DNA of 64,000 bases. Origin: an uncultured Coprobacillus sp. (lineage in GTDB: Bacteria > Bacillota_I > Bacilli_A > ML615J-28 > CAG-698). Below the pieces are notes generated by a model. It did not search any database, was not told where the DNA came from, and was given only the letters and a program-made list of their open reading frames with translations. The stretch's first letter is position 1. Every line of letters begins with the position of its first letter. Both the position numbers and the translations under genes were made by a program. Below, piece by piece: positions 49,101-58,387 of this stretch. The stretch lies in NCBI GenBank assembly GCA_964385755.1, contig CAYLPZ010000006.1:7468-71467 (forward strand). The letters run 5' to 3'.

Positions 49101-52100
49101 TGCCTCACCAATTGCATACACGCTAGTTAAATTAACTGAAGAAAGTGCTTTACAGCCCATGAAAGCAAAAGAACCAATCAACTCAACATCATCAAGATTA
49201 ATGTCTGTTAATTTTTCATCCCCCGCAAAAGCATATTCTTTGATAAATGGACAAGATGTACCATCATTATCTTTTAAGAAATTAACTCTTTCTAGTGCTG
49301 TACAATTATAAAAAGCATATTTTCTCACTTCTTTAACATCAGCAGGGATAGTTACACTTATAACTGTATCATTTGTACAAGGAGTTTTCGCAGAATCATA
49401 ATCATCATTTTTAATTTCTATTTCATAATCTGTTGTATATAGTGAAAATGCAAAAGCACCAATGTATAAAATGCCTTCATCATCAGGGATTACTACATTT
49501 CCACCAATACCTTTATATGCTACTAATACATTACTTTCAACAATAAATTCATTTTTAACAACTACTTTTGTAGAAGCCATTAAAGTTGATTGTCTTCCTC
49601 CTACTTTTACCTTTAAAGAGATAGTCGCATTACCTTCTTTAAGAGCAGTCACTACACCATTTTCATCTACTGTCGCAACTTTTTCATTTGTAGAAGACCA
49701 AATTAGTTCATAGTCTTTTAAGTTCCAAGGTTTTAATTCATAATTTAGTTTTACCTGTTCGCTTGGATAGAATGACACAAATTCCTTATCCGTAAAGAAG
49801 AAATGATCACCAGCTTCACCAATCTCTGATTCTTCTGGTCCATTAGCAAAAGCTTTGATTGTTTCAAAGTAAGTAAAGTTAATATCTGTAAGCTTATCTG
49901 CACCAGTTTCAACTTCCTTATCTCTTACTTTAATTTTCAAATTAACTGAATAAGAATATCCATCACTTGCAAGCGCGTAACAACTAATTGTTGCAGTACC
50001 AGAACCAACTGCTTCAATTTCTCCATTATTTACTTTTATTATATTTTCATCTGATGTTGTCCATTTTAATGTTGAAAAATATTTATTTTGATTATCTACA
50101 TCACTAGAAATAGTTGGATCATCAGATGTCAACATTTCATTTAAATTTAAAATATCACCGACAGAAATATTTTTAAAATATTGATAAGTGTTACCTGATA
50201 CACTTGAGTAGTACTTTTCTTGATATTTAATGTTTTGTGAATTAGTACCTGGAAGTGTAACAAAGGCATAACTTTGATTTAATGCATAATCATCAACAAA
50301 AAATCCAAGACCATTAGATAAGTTGACATTTTTATCTTCCATTGAACTATATTGAATTAAATCCATATAATCCGTTATTTCTACAGTCACTTTTGTCTCT
50401 TCATTCTTTTCGCTATAAACAGGTATTGCGTAATCACCAAGTGATACTACTTTTCCATCAATTAATGTGAATGGTCTAATAGATTGAGTATAGTGATTAT
50501 CATATACATAAACATCAACATAATAGCGATAATCTTTTAATGATTTATCATACTTAGTGTAGAACTGTGCGTCAGTAATTGTAGGAGCTTGATAATCCAC
50601 ATAGAACGAGAATTCAAATGTGTTATTAAGATTTGTATTTAGTCCACCATCTTGATAATCAAGTTCTGCTACCATACTGAATGAATATTTTGTATTATTT
50701 TCTAAACCAAGCTCAGCAGCAGTTACATTCAATATTTCATAGTTTGGAACTATTGATCCACTAAAATATGCTTTACGAGCATCGTATTTAATATGTTCAT
50801 AAACTTCTTCACCGGTATACTCATTAATTATTTTATATGTTACCTTTTTAGCATTTCTTAAAAGACCAGCATACACTGTGGTAACTCCATTAATCGTATC
50901 TAAGTAATATCCCACAGCAGCATGCTCTTCTGATGCAGGAATCTTATCATATTTACTTTCATCAATTTCATATACATATGTTCCTAAAGGAATAACATAA
51001 CTATAATAGTATCTTCCTAAAGGAGTTGAAGCGTAATAATCAGCTTTAAGTTTATCTTCTTCATCAATTGCGCCATTATATGCTTCACTTTCAACTTCAT
51101 AGTATGTTTTATCAAACATTGGTGCAGCTGTCCAATCGCCAAAGAATGCAAGATAAGGAATTGATAAATCAATACCATCTTCATTAAGTGACTCTAAAAC
51201 ACCATAACCTTCTACATACATTCCGTTAATAAATGATTTTCTAATGTATGCTTTTTCATCATCAGTTAGTTTAATCGTATATGTAACTTTTACAGTTCCA
51301 TTTTCATTAACAGTTAGAATATCTCCATCTAATACACCATCACCTGTAATTTGTGCTAAAGTATTTGGGTTTAACATATATGCTTTTTCAGCAACGTATT
51401 CTGGGTCTGATGTTGATAAAGATTCTGTCATTGTTAAATCTGTAAGTTTATATTTTAATTTTTCATTTGATGTATTATGAACATTGAAATTAAGTACATA
51501 AACTCCAGTTTCTTCTTTATCATCTTTTAATTCTAGTTTTGGTTTTGTTTGGCCATCAACTGATAAATAAGCTTTTGTGTTAACAGCATACTCAAGATTC
51601 CCAAGACCAGATCCTTGCTTTCTAGGTGAATAAGGATTACCTTCTTCATTAAGAATAATAGTTGCGGTTGACATTAAAAGCGAGTTTGCCATATTTGTAA
51701 GTTCTGGAGAAGTCATATATGGATATCTTTCTTTTAAAGCTTGTTTTACTAAAATAACAACGCCACAAAGATTTGGGCTAGCCATAGATGTTCCAGATAT
51801 TTTATCATATCCTCCACCTGGGACAGATGAAGTAATTGATCCTCCATGAGCAGTAATTTCTGGTTTTAATGCTAAATCAGATACAGGTCCCCAGCTTGAG
51901 AAATCAGACATAAAAGGACCAGCTAGATAGCTCTTATCAAATGTAAGAGTTCCACTACTCTTAGCTGCTAGATATTCACCATCATCTTTTGAGATAGAAC
52001 AAAGTGGAATATCTAAATGACTTCCAGCATTCATATATACATCACCGGAAATATTATTATAAATAATACAACCAATCGCTCCTTGTGCTAAAGCAATTTG

Positions 52101-53636
52101 TGCTTTTTCCTCAAAACTAGTTTCACCACGCTTAACTAAAGCAATCTTCCCCTTAACATTTATACTTGAATAGTTAACTTTTTTTCCAACTCCTGGCACA
52201 GTAACATATTCAAGTTTTATAACTTCTTTTGTGGTATTTACTTTATCAAATAACATCTCATAGAAATCATAAGGATTGCCTGCACTGCTATTTGCATTAT
52301 TAAAGAAAAATGTATAACCATTTTCATCAACGATATATTTACTCTTTTCACCACTAATTGAAGCAACAGAAATAGTCGATGGATAAGTAGAAGGTGATCC
52401 AACTGTTGCGGAGTCAGGATTAGATGCTTTATTTGTATTACTATTAGCACCTCCATAGCCAGATGAATAATCATTGCTCGCCGCAACAACTAAAGAAATA
52501 CCAGCTTTTTCAATGTTGTTATATACAACATTTACATAGTCATTCTCACGAGAACTAGAAAAGCCACAAGCAGTTCCTAATGATAAGTTAATTGCATCAA
52601 CACCAATCAAAATAGCATCTTCCAAAGCAGCTAGAATATCAGATTCTATTGCACCTTGATTAAAATCACCAAATACTTTCATTAATACAAGTTGAGTATT
52701 AATAGCAACACCAGTAATTACGTCATCTTTACCACCAATGATCCCCGCAACATGTGTACCATGGTTAGAATCATAAGGAGACACATCACTATCTTTATCA
52801 GCATAGTCATAAGCAAATGGAATTTTAGCGTTCATATATACATCTTGAACTTTGATATTTTCAAAATATCTATAAGCTCTTGTGTTTTGTAATATACTAT
52901 CAATATAATTCATTGAAAGCATTGTTTCTTCTGGCATGTTTTGAAATACAGTATGGTGAATATCAAAGCCAGAGTCAAGAATCGCAACAGATGTATTAGA
53001 GCCATCAAAATCTACATTACTTGAATCGAAGATACCAGTGTCATATACTTTCACAAAGTTAGTTACAGCATCATAACTACTAGTTCCATCATCTTCAGTA
53101 GTTTGATAATCAGGTTCTGAATACACTTCAGAAATAAATGCATTAATATTATAATCGCTACTCATTAATTTCTTATACTGTCCATAAGTTGTTTGAGCAG
53201 AAAAACCGCTTAAAATAGTAGTAAATGAATGATCAACACTTTGGATGTAATTCTCACTTATTAGCTTTTCTGCTAATGTATTTTGTTCAGAGAACATTTT
53301 TTCTTTGAGATAATTAGCATAGTCACTTGTAACATAATCTCTTACATTACTATAACCGTTATTATCATTATTATAACGATCTAACAAACTAATAGATTTA
53401 GTAGTGATAACAATATTAATCTTATCACCATCATCAAGTTCATTAAGTTCATATAAATATTCTTTATTAAGATACTTAGTGTTATCTGTCATCTCCGCAA
53501 TCAAATCAGCGTGCTCGACATTTAAACTAATTTTATCATTAACTTTTTCACTTACATCATTAATTCCACAAGAGATACAAACAAATCCTAAAAATATAGT
53601 TAGTACTAGTAATGTAATCTTTCTTTTAAACTTCAT
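46173..53636 (-). CDS. Cell-surface S8 (lactocepin/C5a-peptidase-like) serine protease with I9 propeptide, PA, Fn3/Ig, a long BspA-type LRR stalk and a C-terminal TM
   Basis: Catalytic triad AILDSG, NHGTHVAG, SGTSMASP; PA domain KGKIALVKRGE..FEEKA; SSWGP..KPEITAHG; many IGxxAFxxCxxL repeats; lipobox CISC; C-terminal hydrophobic helix plus KKR. Confidence 0.92.
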   Translation of the reverse strand: MKFKRKITLLVLTIFLGFVCISCGINDVSEKVNDKISLNVEHADLIAEMTDNTKYLNKEYLYELNELDDGDKINIVITTKSISLLDRYNNDNNGYSNVRDYVTSDYANYLKEKMFSEQNTLAEKLISENYIQSVDHSFTTILSGFSAQTTYGQYKKLMSSDYNINAFISEVYSEPDYQTTEDDGTSSYDAVTNFVKVYDTGIFDSSNVDFDGSNTSVAILDSGFDIHHTVFQNMPEETMLSMNYIDSILQNTRAYRYFENIKVQDVYMNAKIPFAYDYADKDSDVSPYDSNHGTHVAGIIGGKDDVITGVAINTQLVLMKVFGDFNQGAIESDILAALEDAILIGVDAINLSLGTACGFSSSRENDYVNVVYNNIEKAGISLVVAASNDYSSGYGGANSNTNKASNPDSATVGSPSTYPSTISVASISGEKSKYIVDENGYTFFFNNANSSAGNPYDFYEMLFDKVNTTKEVIKLEYVTVPGVGKKVNYSSINVKGKIALVKRGETSFEEKAQIALAQGAIGCIIYNNISGDVYMNAGSHLDIPLCSISKDDGEYLAAKSSGTLTFDKSYLAGPFMSDFSSWGPVSDLALKPEITAHGGSITSSVPGGGYDKISGTSMASPNLCGVVILVKQALKERYPYMTSPELTNMANSLLMSTATIILNEEGNPYSPRKQGSGLGNLEYAVNTKAYLSVDGQTKPKLELKDDKEETGVYVLNFNVHNTSNEKLKYKLTDLTMTESLSTSDPEYVAEKAYMLNPNTLAQITGDGVLDGDILTVNENGTVKVTYTIKLTDDEKAYIRKSFINGMYVEGYGVLESLNEDGIDLSIPYLAFFGDWTAAPMFDKTYYEVESEAYNGAIDEEDKLKADYYASTPLGRYYYSYVIPLGTYVYEIDESKYDKIPASEEHAAVGYYLDTINGVTTVYAGLLRNAKKVTYKIINEYTGEEVYEHIKYDARKAYFSGSIVPNYEILNVTAAELGLENNTKYSFSMVAELDYQDGGLNTNLNNTFEFSFYVDYQAPTITDAQFYTKYDKSLKDYRYYVDVYVYDNHYTQSIRPFTLIDGKVVSLGDYAIPVYSEKNEETKVTVEITDYMDLIQYSSMEDKNVNLSNGLGFFVDDYALNQSYAFVTLPGTNSQNIKYQEKYYSSVSGNTYQYFKNISVGDILNLNEMLTSDDPTISSDVDNQNKYFSTLKWTTSDENIIKVNNGEIEAVGSGTATISCYALASDGYSYSVNLKIKVRDKEVETGADKLTDINFTYFETIKAFANGPEESEIGEAGDHFFFTDKEFVSFYPSEQVKLNYELKPWNLKDYELIWSSTNEKVATVDENGVVTALKEGNATISLKVKVGGRQSTLMASTKVVVKNEFIVESNVLVAYKGIGGNVVIPDDEGILYIGAFAFSLYTTDYEIEIKNDDYDSAKTPCTNDTVISVTIPADVKEVRKYAFYNCTALERVNFLKDNDGTSCPFIKEYAFAGDEKLTDINLDDVELIGSFAFMGCKALSSVNLTSVYAIGEAAFKDCESLTFVDITSLINGGIESFNNCINLKEVIIGKYTNLADLMFANTSISILDIYNDRIPSNCFENCDLLTKVTIHNNLVYVGSKAFNDCDALEEVIFEDVSCEFIYESAFENCSNLQKVTMPNSDVVLEKRAFANCPHLEIVTINNNTRITKNYGEVFSGSNNLSTFDVSLENQYYNFNGGYLLSKDNKVIYLVAPKALDNKFVTLDSKVEEIYEGAFSGLDNLYSIDLANVKVIGSNAFANCNNLENVILAENVTLNESAFEESGLVNCVNIDKVLYFAPYCFAKTKLESIKFNDDVIISQAAFMDCQNLTKVTGKIESLGNEAFANCKNLSSVDLEVNTVGAHAFYNDESLSSVSLRKTKEILEGAFFGCINLINIYLEEVKVIGNYAFSDCVNLESINIPNIEEIGSYAFAGVNQARGNIITAIALPDTLKIIGDYAFSYADMLSNVTIGKGLNTIGSYAFSGCLSLETFETTSILECINEGTFLDDEKLQSVIINDVRYIKEAAFMNCVALKEISLDSVIEISMQAFNKCESLITVNLPNVIKLAPGSFLSCANLEAVYMPKVEVIDAQALSCIAVSEINLPSTVKYIAPTAFYYNVNQVRFTDLSRNDTCVINDYVRLDDGVLYTTNENGKYSLSAYPTAKPSETYEVLFNTVRISEYAGYFNRRIIKLIFPDTLKLIGNMAFYGSVNLKTIEFKSTTAPILEGTITTNDISYDTSSEIYKELNKYFLFNGATPLYYGQFKDMIGLAEKMNLIIPTNAIDETYKDMLYRLYFNVDNVIKSDYVALDSKSINYLDKVSLIPDDVKIGDEQIIKDARTAYNLVTQDLTQYGYTKEYLDSLLERLENAEAKWNEINMIRINKNYSHIIENINNLGPTYDFNKLSTYYEIVEALKIVDRDDKKYLDTKTVDSFKKGFDEYFSNLNEDIDVVNEINTLPTTNVNKVGLAATAVTALASLVVLFVFIKKRFWL

Positions 53637-53831
53637 ATTTACTCCTTTTTAAAAGCTATTTATCAATTTGTCAAAAATAGAGTATATTGGTCTCTATTCT
53701 AATTATTTTATCATATTTTGCAATAAAATTCAATCATTAATAATTTATGTAAAATATTCATAATTAAATGATATTATTAATAAACAAATATTTCCGTTTT
53801 ATTTAATATATTTCATTAAATAATATAAAAA

Positions 53832-53852
53832 AAATGCTCATAATCAGCATTT
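53832..53852 (-). terminator. Weak terminator-like hairpin upstream of the protease operon
   Basis: aaatgct/agcattt stem with a minus-strand T run. Confidence 0.35.
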
Positions 53853-54035
53853 ATATTAAGACTTTGAATTGGAATAAAAAGACAACATCATTAAAGATGC
53901 GATAACTTCAGGGGAAGATTATTTTAAATTAAAATGATTATTAGTATTTTCCTATTTCTTTATATTATTTAACAAAAGCTTAGATCAAAATTCTCACTTT
54001 CCATAATCTTCCTCTTTTCATAAAACAATAAAAAA

Positions 54036-54061
54036 AGCATCTACCATTTTTGATAGATGCT
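54036..54061 (-). terminator. Intrinsic terminator
   Basis: agcatcta.ca / tg.tagatgct stem followed by T6 on the minus strand. Confidence 0.7.
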
Positions 54062-54383
54062 AAATTTCTAACACGATTTTTTATTCAAACATGGCTAGTT
54101 TCTTCGCTGAACATCTCCTTTTGACTTCCTTTATATCTTTTTTATCGGATTTATCATCGCTTTTTACTAGTCTTCTAATGGGCATTTAAATAAGGGATAT
54201 TAAAAGGACAATAGATATGCATAGACAATAGTCTATCATCCTTATTTATTATAAGCAAATTGTCATATACGCAGGAATACAAATAATTCCTTTTTCTCTA
54301 ATTTTTAAATTTTTAGGATGAATAATATAACAAGCACTTATTTTTTTAAAAAAACATTGAACTAAATCTTTTAAGTTAAGTTG

Positions 54384-54630
54384 TTAGTATTCTTTTGAAA
54401 TTTTAGCTTCAATTGAAGATATCTTTACATTTGTTTTATCTCCACTAATAATTATAAAGTCTATTTCTGTGTCGTTTCTATGTTTTTCTTCATTGTAATA
54501 ATTATAAAAATAGAGCCTGCTAGTCGTATCCAATGAAATAATTTTTACTCTTTTATTTTCATCTATTTTTGCAAAGGTTGTAATAATGATTTTTCGAACA
54601 ATACCTTCGCAAAAACTTTTTTTATAATTA
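54384..54630 (-). pseudogene. Remnant of an AAA/DUF4143-type protein C-terminus
   Basis: Start-less open frame ...SRLYFYNYYNEEKHRNDTEIDFIIISGDKTNVKISSIEAKISKEY*, resembling the LYYY..EIDF..PIEVK nuclease-like tail. Confidence 0.35.
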
Positions 54631-54681
54631 TTAAATATAGCCTAAAAATTCAATAAATATGCAAAATAAATATGCATCTTT

Positions 54682-55533
54682 TTATTTAATCGAAATAATA
54701 TTACTAAACCCTGTTAGATTTAATATATCAATTATGTTTTCATTTGCGTTAATTATTTCTAATGTTTTGTTTACACATTTTTTCTTAAGTTTCAATATAA
54801 CTCGAAGACCAGCACTAGAAATATATCTTAAATCTTTCGCGTTAATAATAACACTATCCAGAATATTTGCTTCTGTTATTACTTTTTCAAATTCATCTGC
54901 ATTAGTTGCATCAACATTACCAACTAGAGTAATTAAAGTGATGTTATTATCATATGCAATGTTCATTTGATTATTATTTTCTTTTTTGTAAATTTCTTTT
55001 TTTCCAAATACTTCATCAAATTGTTGTTTTAATTCCTGATACATTTTTAAATGGTTAAAGCGTTTAAAAACTTGAAGATATTCTAAATATAGCCACTCTT
55101 GTTTTTCTTTTCCTCTTTTAAATAAACTCCAAACGCTATCACCATCTTTTTGTAAGGCATAATTAATATCTAAAATATTTGATAATTTATCAGCTAAGAT
55201 TAGCATTGCACAATCATCATCACAACTTTCTAATGCTTTTAAAGTTGTTGTTTTTCTTTCTTCCCATGTTTTTGATTTATCTTCAGTATCAAACATTACA
55301 ATGTTATATACTTTTTCACCAAATTCTTTTTTTATTACATCCGGTGATACATGAGCATCTTCTACTGTATCATGTAAAAATCCCGCCGCAACAACTTCAT
55401 TACTAGCCCCATTTTCAAGTAGTATCATTCCAACAGAAACAGGATGTAGAATATATGGAAGACCACCTTTCCTTACTTCCCCTTTATGTACATTTGAAGC
55501 AAATAACAATGCTTTACGTTTTATATCATTCAT
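54682..55533 (-). CDS. RelA/SpoT-type HD hydrolase (Mesh1/SAH-like) fused to a STAS anti-anti-sigma domain
   Basis: HKGEVRK..PYILHP, LHDTVED, ADKLSN; C-terminal GNVDATNA..YISSAGLRVIL..LTGF. Confidence 0.85.
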   Translation of the reverse strand: MNDIKRKALLFASNVHKGEVRKGGLPYILHPVSVGMILLENGASNEVVAAGFLHDTVEDAHVSPDVIKKEFGEKVYNIVMFDTEDKSKTWEERKTTTLKALESCDDDCAMLILADKLSNILDINYALQKDGDSVWSLFKRGKEKQEWLYLEYLQVFKRFNHLKMYQELKQQFDEVFGKKEIYKKENNNQMNIAYDNNITLITLVGNVDATNADEFEKVITEANILDSVIINAKDLRYISSAGLRVILKLKKKCVNKTLEIINANENIIDILNLTGFSNIISIK

Positions 55534-55542
55534 AATTAGTTA

Positions 55543-56718
55543 TTAGAAATATAGTTTATCTACCTTTCCCACATTATTTTCTATTTTATTTATATAAAAT
55601 TTTAGAAGTTCTTTTCCTTCCTCTGTATTTTCAAGATTATATTTATGAACTCTACGAATAATACGTGCACCAGTTAACATTTCAATTTTTGTGACTACAT
55701 CATCAATTAATTGCTTATTATTATCAAAATAAACATTTAAAAATTTATTCCACATTTTAACAGTTGTTTCATAAGTTAAACCATAAAAATCAAGGGCATT
55801 TTGATGATTAAACATTGAATAACCAACAAATCCCGCATATACACTTGCTAGATCAAATATAGGATGACCAACAGATACTGTATCCATATCAATAAGTATT
55901 GGTCCATCTTCATCATACATTACATTATTTGTATGATAATCACCATGTATTAATACTTCTGAAACTGGTATTTCAGAGACTAATTTACTTAGCTTTTCAT
56001 AAGACTTTTCTGAGATAATTCCTTTTGTTGCCTTAACCCAAGTAATACCTTCTTCTTTAATTGATGGAAACTCATCAGTAGTTGCTTTTACCTCATGAAT
56101 TTTCTTCAAAAACTTAGCAAATATTTCCACGTAATAATCCAGTTTTTCACTATCTTTCGCAATTAATTTACTAATTGATTTTGCATTTAATAGTTCAACT
56201 ACATTGCCATAGAAATCTCCAACTTTAACAATATCATAAGGGATTGCGGAATTGATACCTTTCATAAATACTTTTCTACATAACTCACGTTCATTTTTGA
56301 TTTCTTCTAGTGGTGAGTTCTTATAAAATACTTTAACAATCGTCTCAGCATCATAACGATATATTCTTCCTTTTGCTCCTTGCGCAATTACTTCACATCC
56401 TTCAATTGATAATTTTCTAAATGCTTTTTCTACTGTTAATAATTCTACAAAACCTGTCATATCAAAGATATTATATATCTCATTTGAAACATTGATTACT
56501 TTTAATTCACTAACAGTTTTACGAAGTCTTAATAAAACACGGAGCCCAGCACTTGAGATGTACTCTAAGTTTTCAGCGTCAATAACAAATTCTTTGCCTT
56601 CATTTTCTTTAACTAGCGTTCTTATTCTATCTTCTGCTTCATTTGCGTTTGTTGCATCTATGCGACCAATTAACTCAATTACTAATAATTCATTTTCTAT
56701 TCTTCCTTTAATTTCCAT
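55543..56718 (-). CDS. STAS domain fused to an aminoglycoside/choline kinase-like phosphotransferase
   Basis: GRIDATNA..YISSAGLRVLL..MTGF; then IAQGAKGRIY, IVKVF, LIHGDYHTNNVM, LIDMD. Confidence 0.85.
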   Translation of the reverse strand: MEIKGRIENELLVIELIGRIDATNANEAEDRIRTLVKENEGKEFVIDAENLEYISSAGLRVLLRLRKTVSELKVINVSNEIYNIFDMTGFVELLTVEKAFRKLSIEGCEVIAQGAKGRIYRYDAETIVKVFYKNSPLEEIKNERELCRKVFMKGINSAIPYDIVKVGDFYGNVVELLNAKSISKLIAKDSEKLDYYVEIFAKFLKKIHEVKATTDEFPSIKEEGITWVKATKGIISEKSYEKLSKLVSEIPVSEVLIHGDYHTNNVMYDEDGPILIDMDTVSVGHPIFDLASVYAGFVGYSMFNHQNALDFYGLTYETTVKMWNKFLNVYFDNNKQLIDDVVTKIEMLTGARIIRRVHKYNLENTEEGKELLKFYINKIENNVGKVDKLYF

Positions 56719-56728
56719 ATATACTCCT

Positions 56729-58387
56729 TTATTTTCTCTTTATGACAAGCATTGTAATATCGTCAAATTGTGGAGTTTCCCCACAAAAACTATCAATTGA
56801 AGTTTTAATGTTATTTACAAGTTCCTTTGTAGAATTGCATATATTATTATTACTTACTTCCAAAATACCTTTTATTCCAAATTGTTCATTTTTATGATTA
56901 ATTGCTTCGGTAACACCATCCGTATATACTAAAAGCATTTCGTCTTTTTCTAATGTATATTCATGATTTTTATATTTCATATTAGGAAAACACCCAATAG
57001 CTAACCCATGTTTAGTTTCATACACTTTGGCTTTTCTATCTTTTGATATTATAATTGGGTCTTCATGTCCAGCGTTTGCAGCGATGACTTTACCTGTTGA
57101 TATTTCCAAAATAGCAAACCATACAGTAACAAACATATCCTCTTGGTTGTTGTTAGAAATCTTATTGTTTAACTCTTCTAATACCTTAGCAGGGTCATTT
57201 ATTAAAGTAGCAAGATTACTTGTTAATATCTTAGTTACCATCATAAATAACGCTGCTGGAACACCTTTTCCAGATACATCACCAATAGTGAGTGCTAAAT
57301 GATCTTCATCAAGAAGATAAAAATCAAAATAATCACCACCAACTTCTTTTGCTGGGGACATTAACCCAAATAAATCAATGTCATTGCGCTCAGGGAATGG
57401 TGGAAATACACTTGGTATCATCGTTTGTTGAATTTTTGTTGCTAGGTTCAATTCTGCTGCTATTCTTTCTCTTTCACTAGTTAACTTCTCTAGTGTTTTT
57501 ACACTGTTAACAACATCTGTTTCCAAGTGACGAAGTGATTTCCATATTGTATTTAATTCGGTAATTTTACTTATTGTACTAATATTTTCTTCTGAAATAG
57601 TTCCACTACCAGCAAAACGTTTTGCTTCCAAAATTATTTTCTTAACTGGATTAGAAAATTGTTTAATACAATATAATATTCCTAAGCAAACTAAAATTAC
57701 TAAGTTTCCAAGCATAGTTAATGTATTTATTCGCAAAAAATTTGATATTAAGCTTTGTAACCCACTCATTTCTCTTTGTACACAAGTTATTGCCACTACA
57801 TCACCATTATTATCCAAAACTGGAGATAAAGCTGTAATGTGGGGTGGTTTACCATTTAAATTGCTTGTTCTTACAACTAAACCATTTTCAATATTCTTTT
57901 CATATAAATCTTGATATATCTCTATATAATCACTCGTACTTTCACGACTAAATCCTAATTCCCATGGTGTATAGCCATATGGATTGTTCTCTATCACTAC
58001 ATTAAACACACTATAGAAATTATTATAATTATTCCCTTTAAAAGTTATAACATATAAAAGAGTTACTTCTTGCTTCTGACATAAATGATCAAGGTTTTCT
58101 AGTGTTTCTAAATAATTGCTATCATTTTTATAATATTCAGTATCTGATATATATTTTTCTATATTGCTGCCATCAATAAAATCATTTGCGGTATTTGCTA
58201 CATTAAGAGCATATTCGAAATATACATCTTTCATTGATTTATTAATTTCCACATAACCAATAATACAAGCAACAGCATTAGAAAACAATAAAATCATTAT
58301 TATGAAGAAAATAAGCCTAAAGTTTATACTATTTACTATTTTTTTTACTTTCATTTTTTTCGTATTTTTCTTCATACTTTTAATCAC
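56729..58387 (-). CDS. Membrane sensor PP2C/SpoIIE (RsbU-like) phosphatase with a HAMP domain; start may be 58375
   Basis: TM - extracellular domain - TM - HAMP; ELNLATKIQ, PAKEVGGDYFD, IGDVSGKGVPAALFM, FVTVW, NAGHEDP, YTDGVTEA, FDDITML. Confidence 0.9.
   Translation of the reverse strand: MIKSMKKNTKKMKVKKIVNSINFRLIFFIIMILLFSNAVACIIGYVEINKSMKDVYFEYALNVANTANDFIDGSNIEKYISDTEYYKNDSNYLETLENLDHLCQKQEVTLLYVITFKGNNYNNFYSVFNVVIENNPYGYTPWELGFSRESTSDYIEIYQDLYEKNIENGLVVRTSNLNGKPPHITALSPVLDNNGDVVAITCVQREMSGLQSLISNFLRINTLTMLGNLVILVCLGILYCIKQFSNPVKKIILEAKRFAGSGTISEENISTISKITELNTIWKSLRHLETDVVNSVKTLEKLTSERERIAAELNLATKIQQTMIPSVFPPFPERNDIDLFGLMSPAKEVGGDYFDFYLLDEDHLALTIGDVSGKGVPAALFMMVTKILTSNLATLINDPAKVLEELNNKISNNNQEDMFVTVWFAILEISTGKVIAANAGHEDPIIISKDRKAKVYETKHGLAIGCFPNMKYKNHEYTLEKDEMLLVYTDGVTEAINHKNEQFGIKGILEVSNNNICNSTKELVNNIKTSIDSFCGETPQFDDITMLVIKRK

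Noticed and set aside
47300-49500. Periodic sequence in the protease and TIR genes as a possible repeat array
   Set aside because: The periodicity is explained by degenerate 23-aa LRR coding repeats and is not nucleotide-identical
53676-53698. aatagag/ctctatt inverted repeat upstream of the protease as a riboswitch or operator
   Set aside because: Short and AT-rich, with no similarity to known riboswitch cores and no second copy noticed in the window
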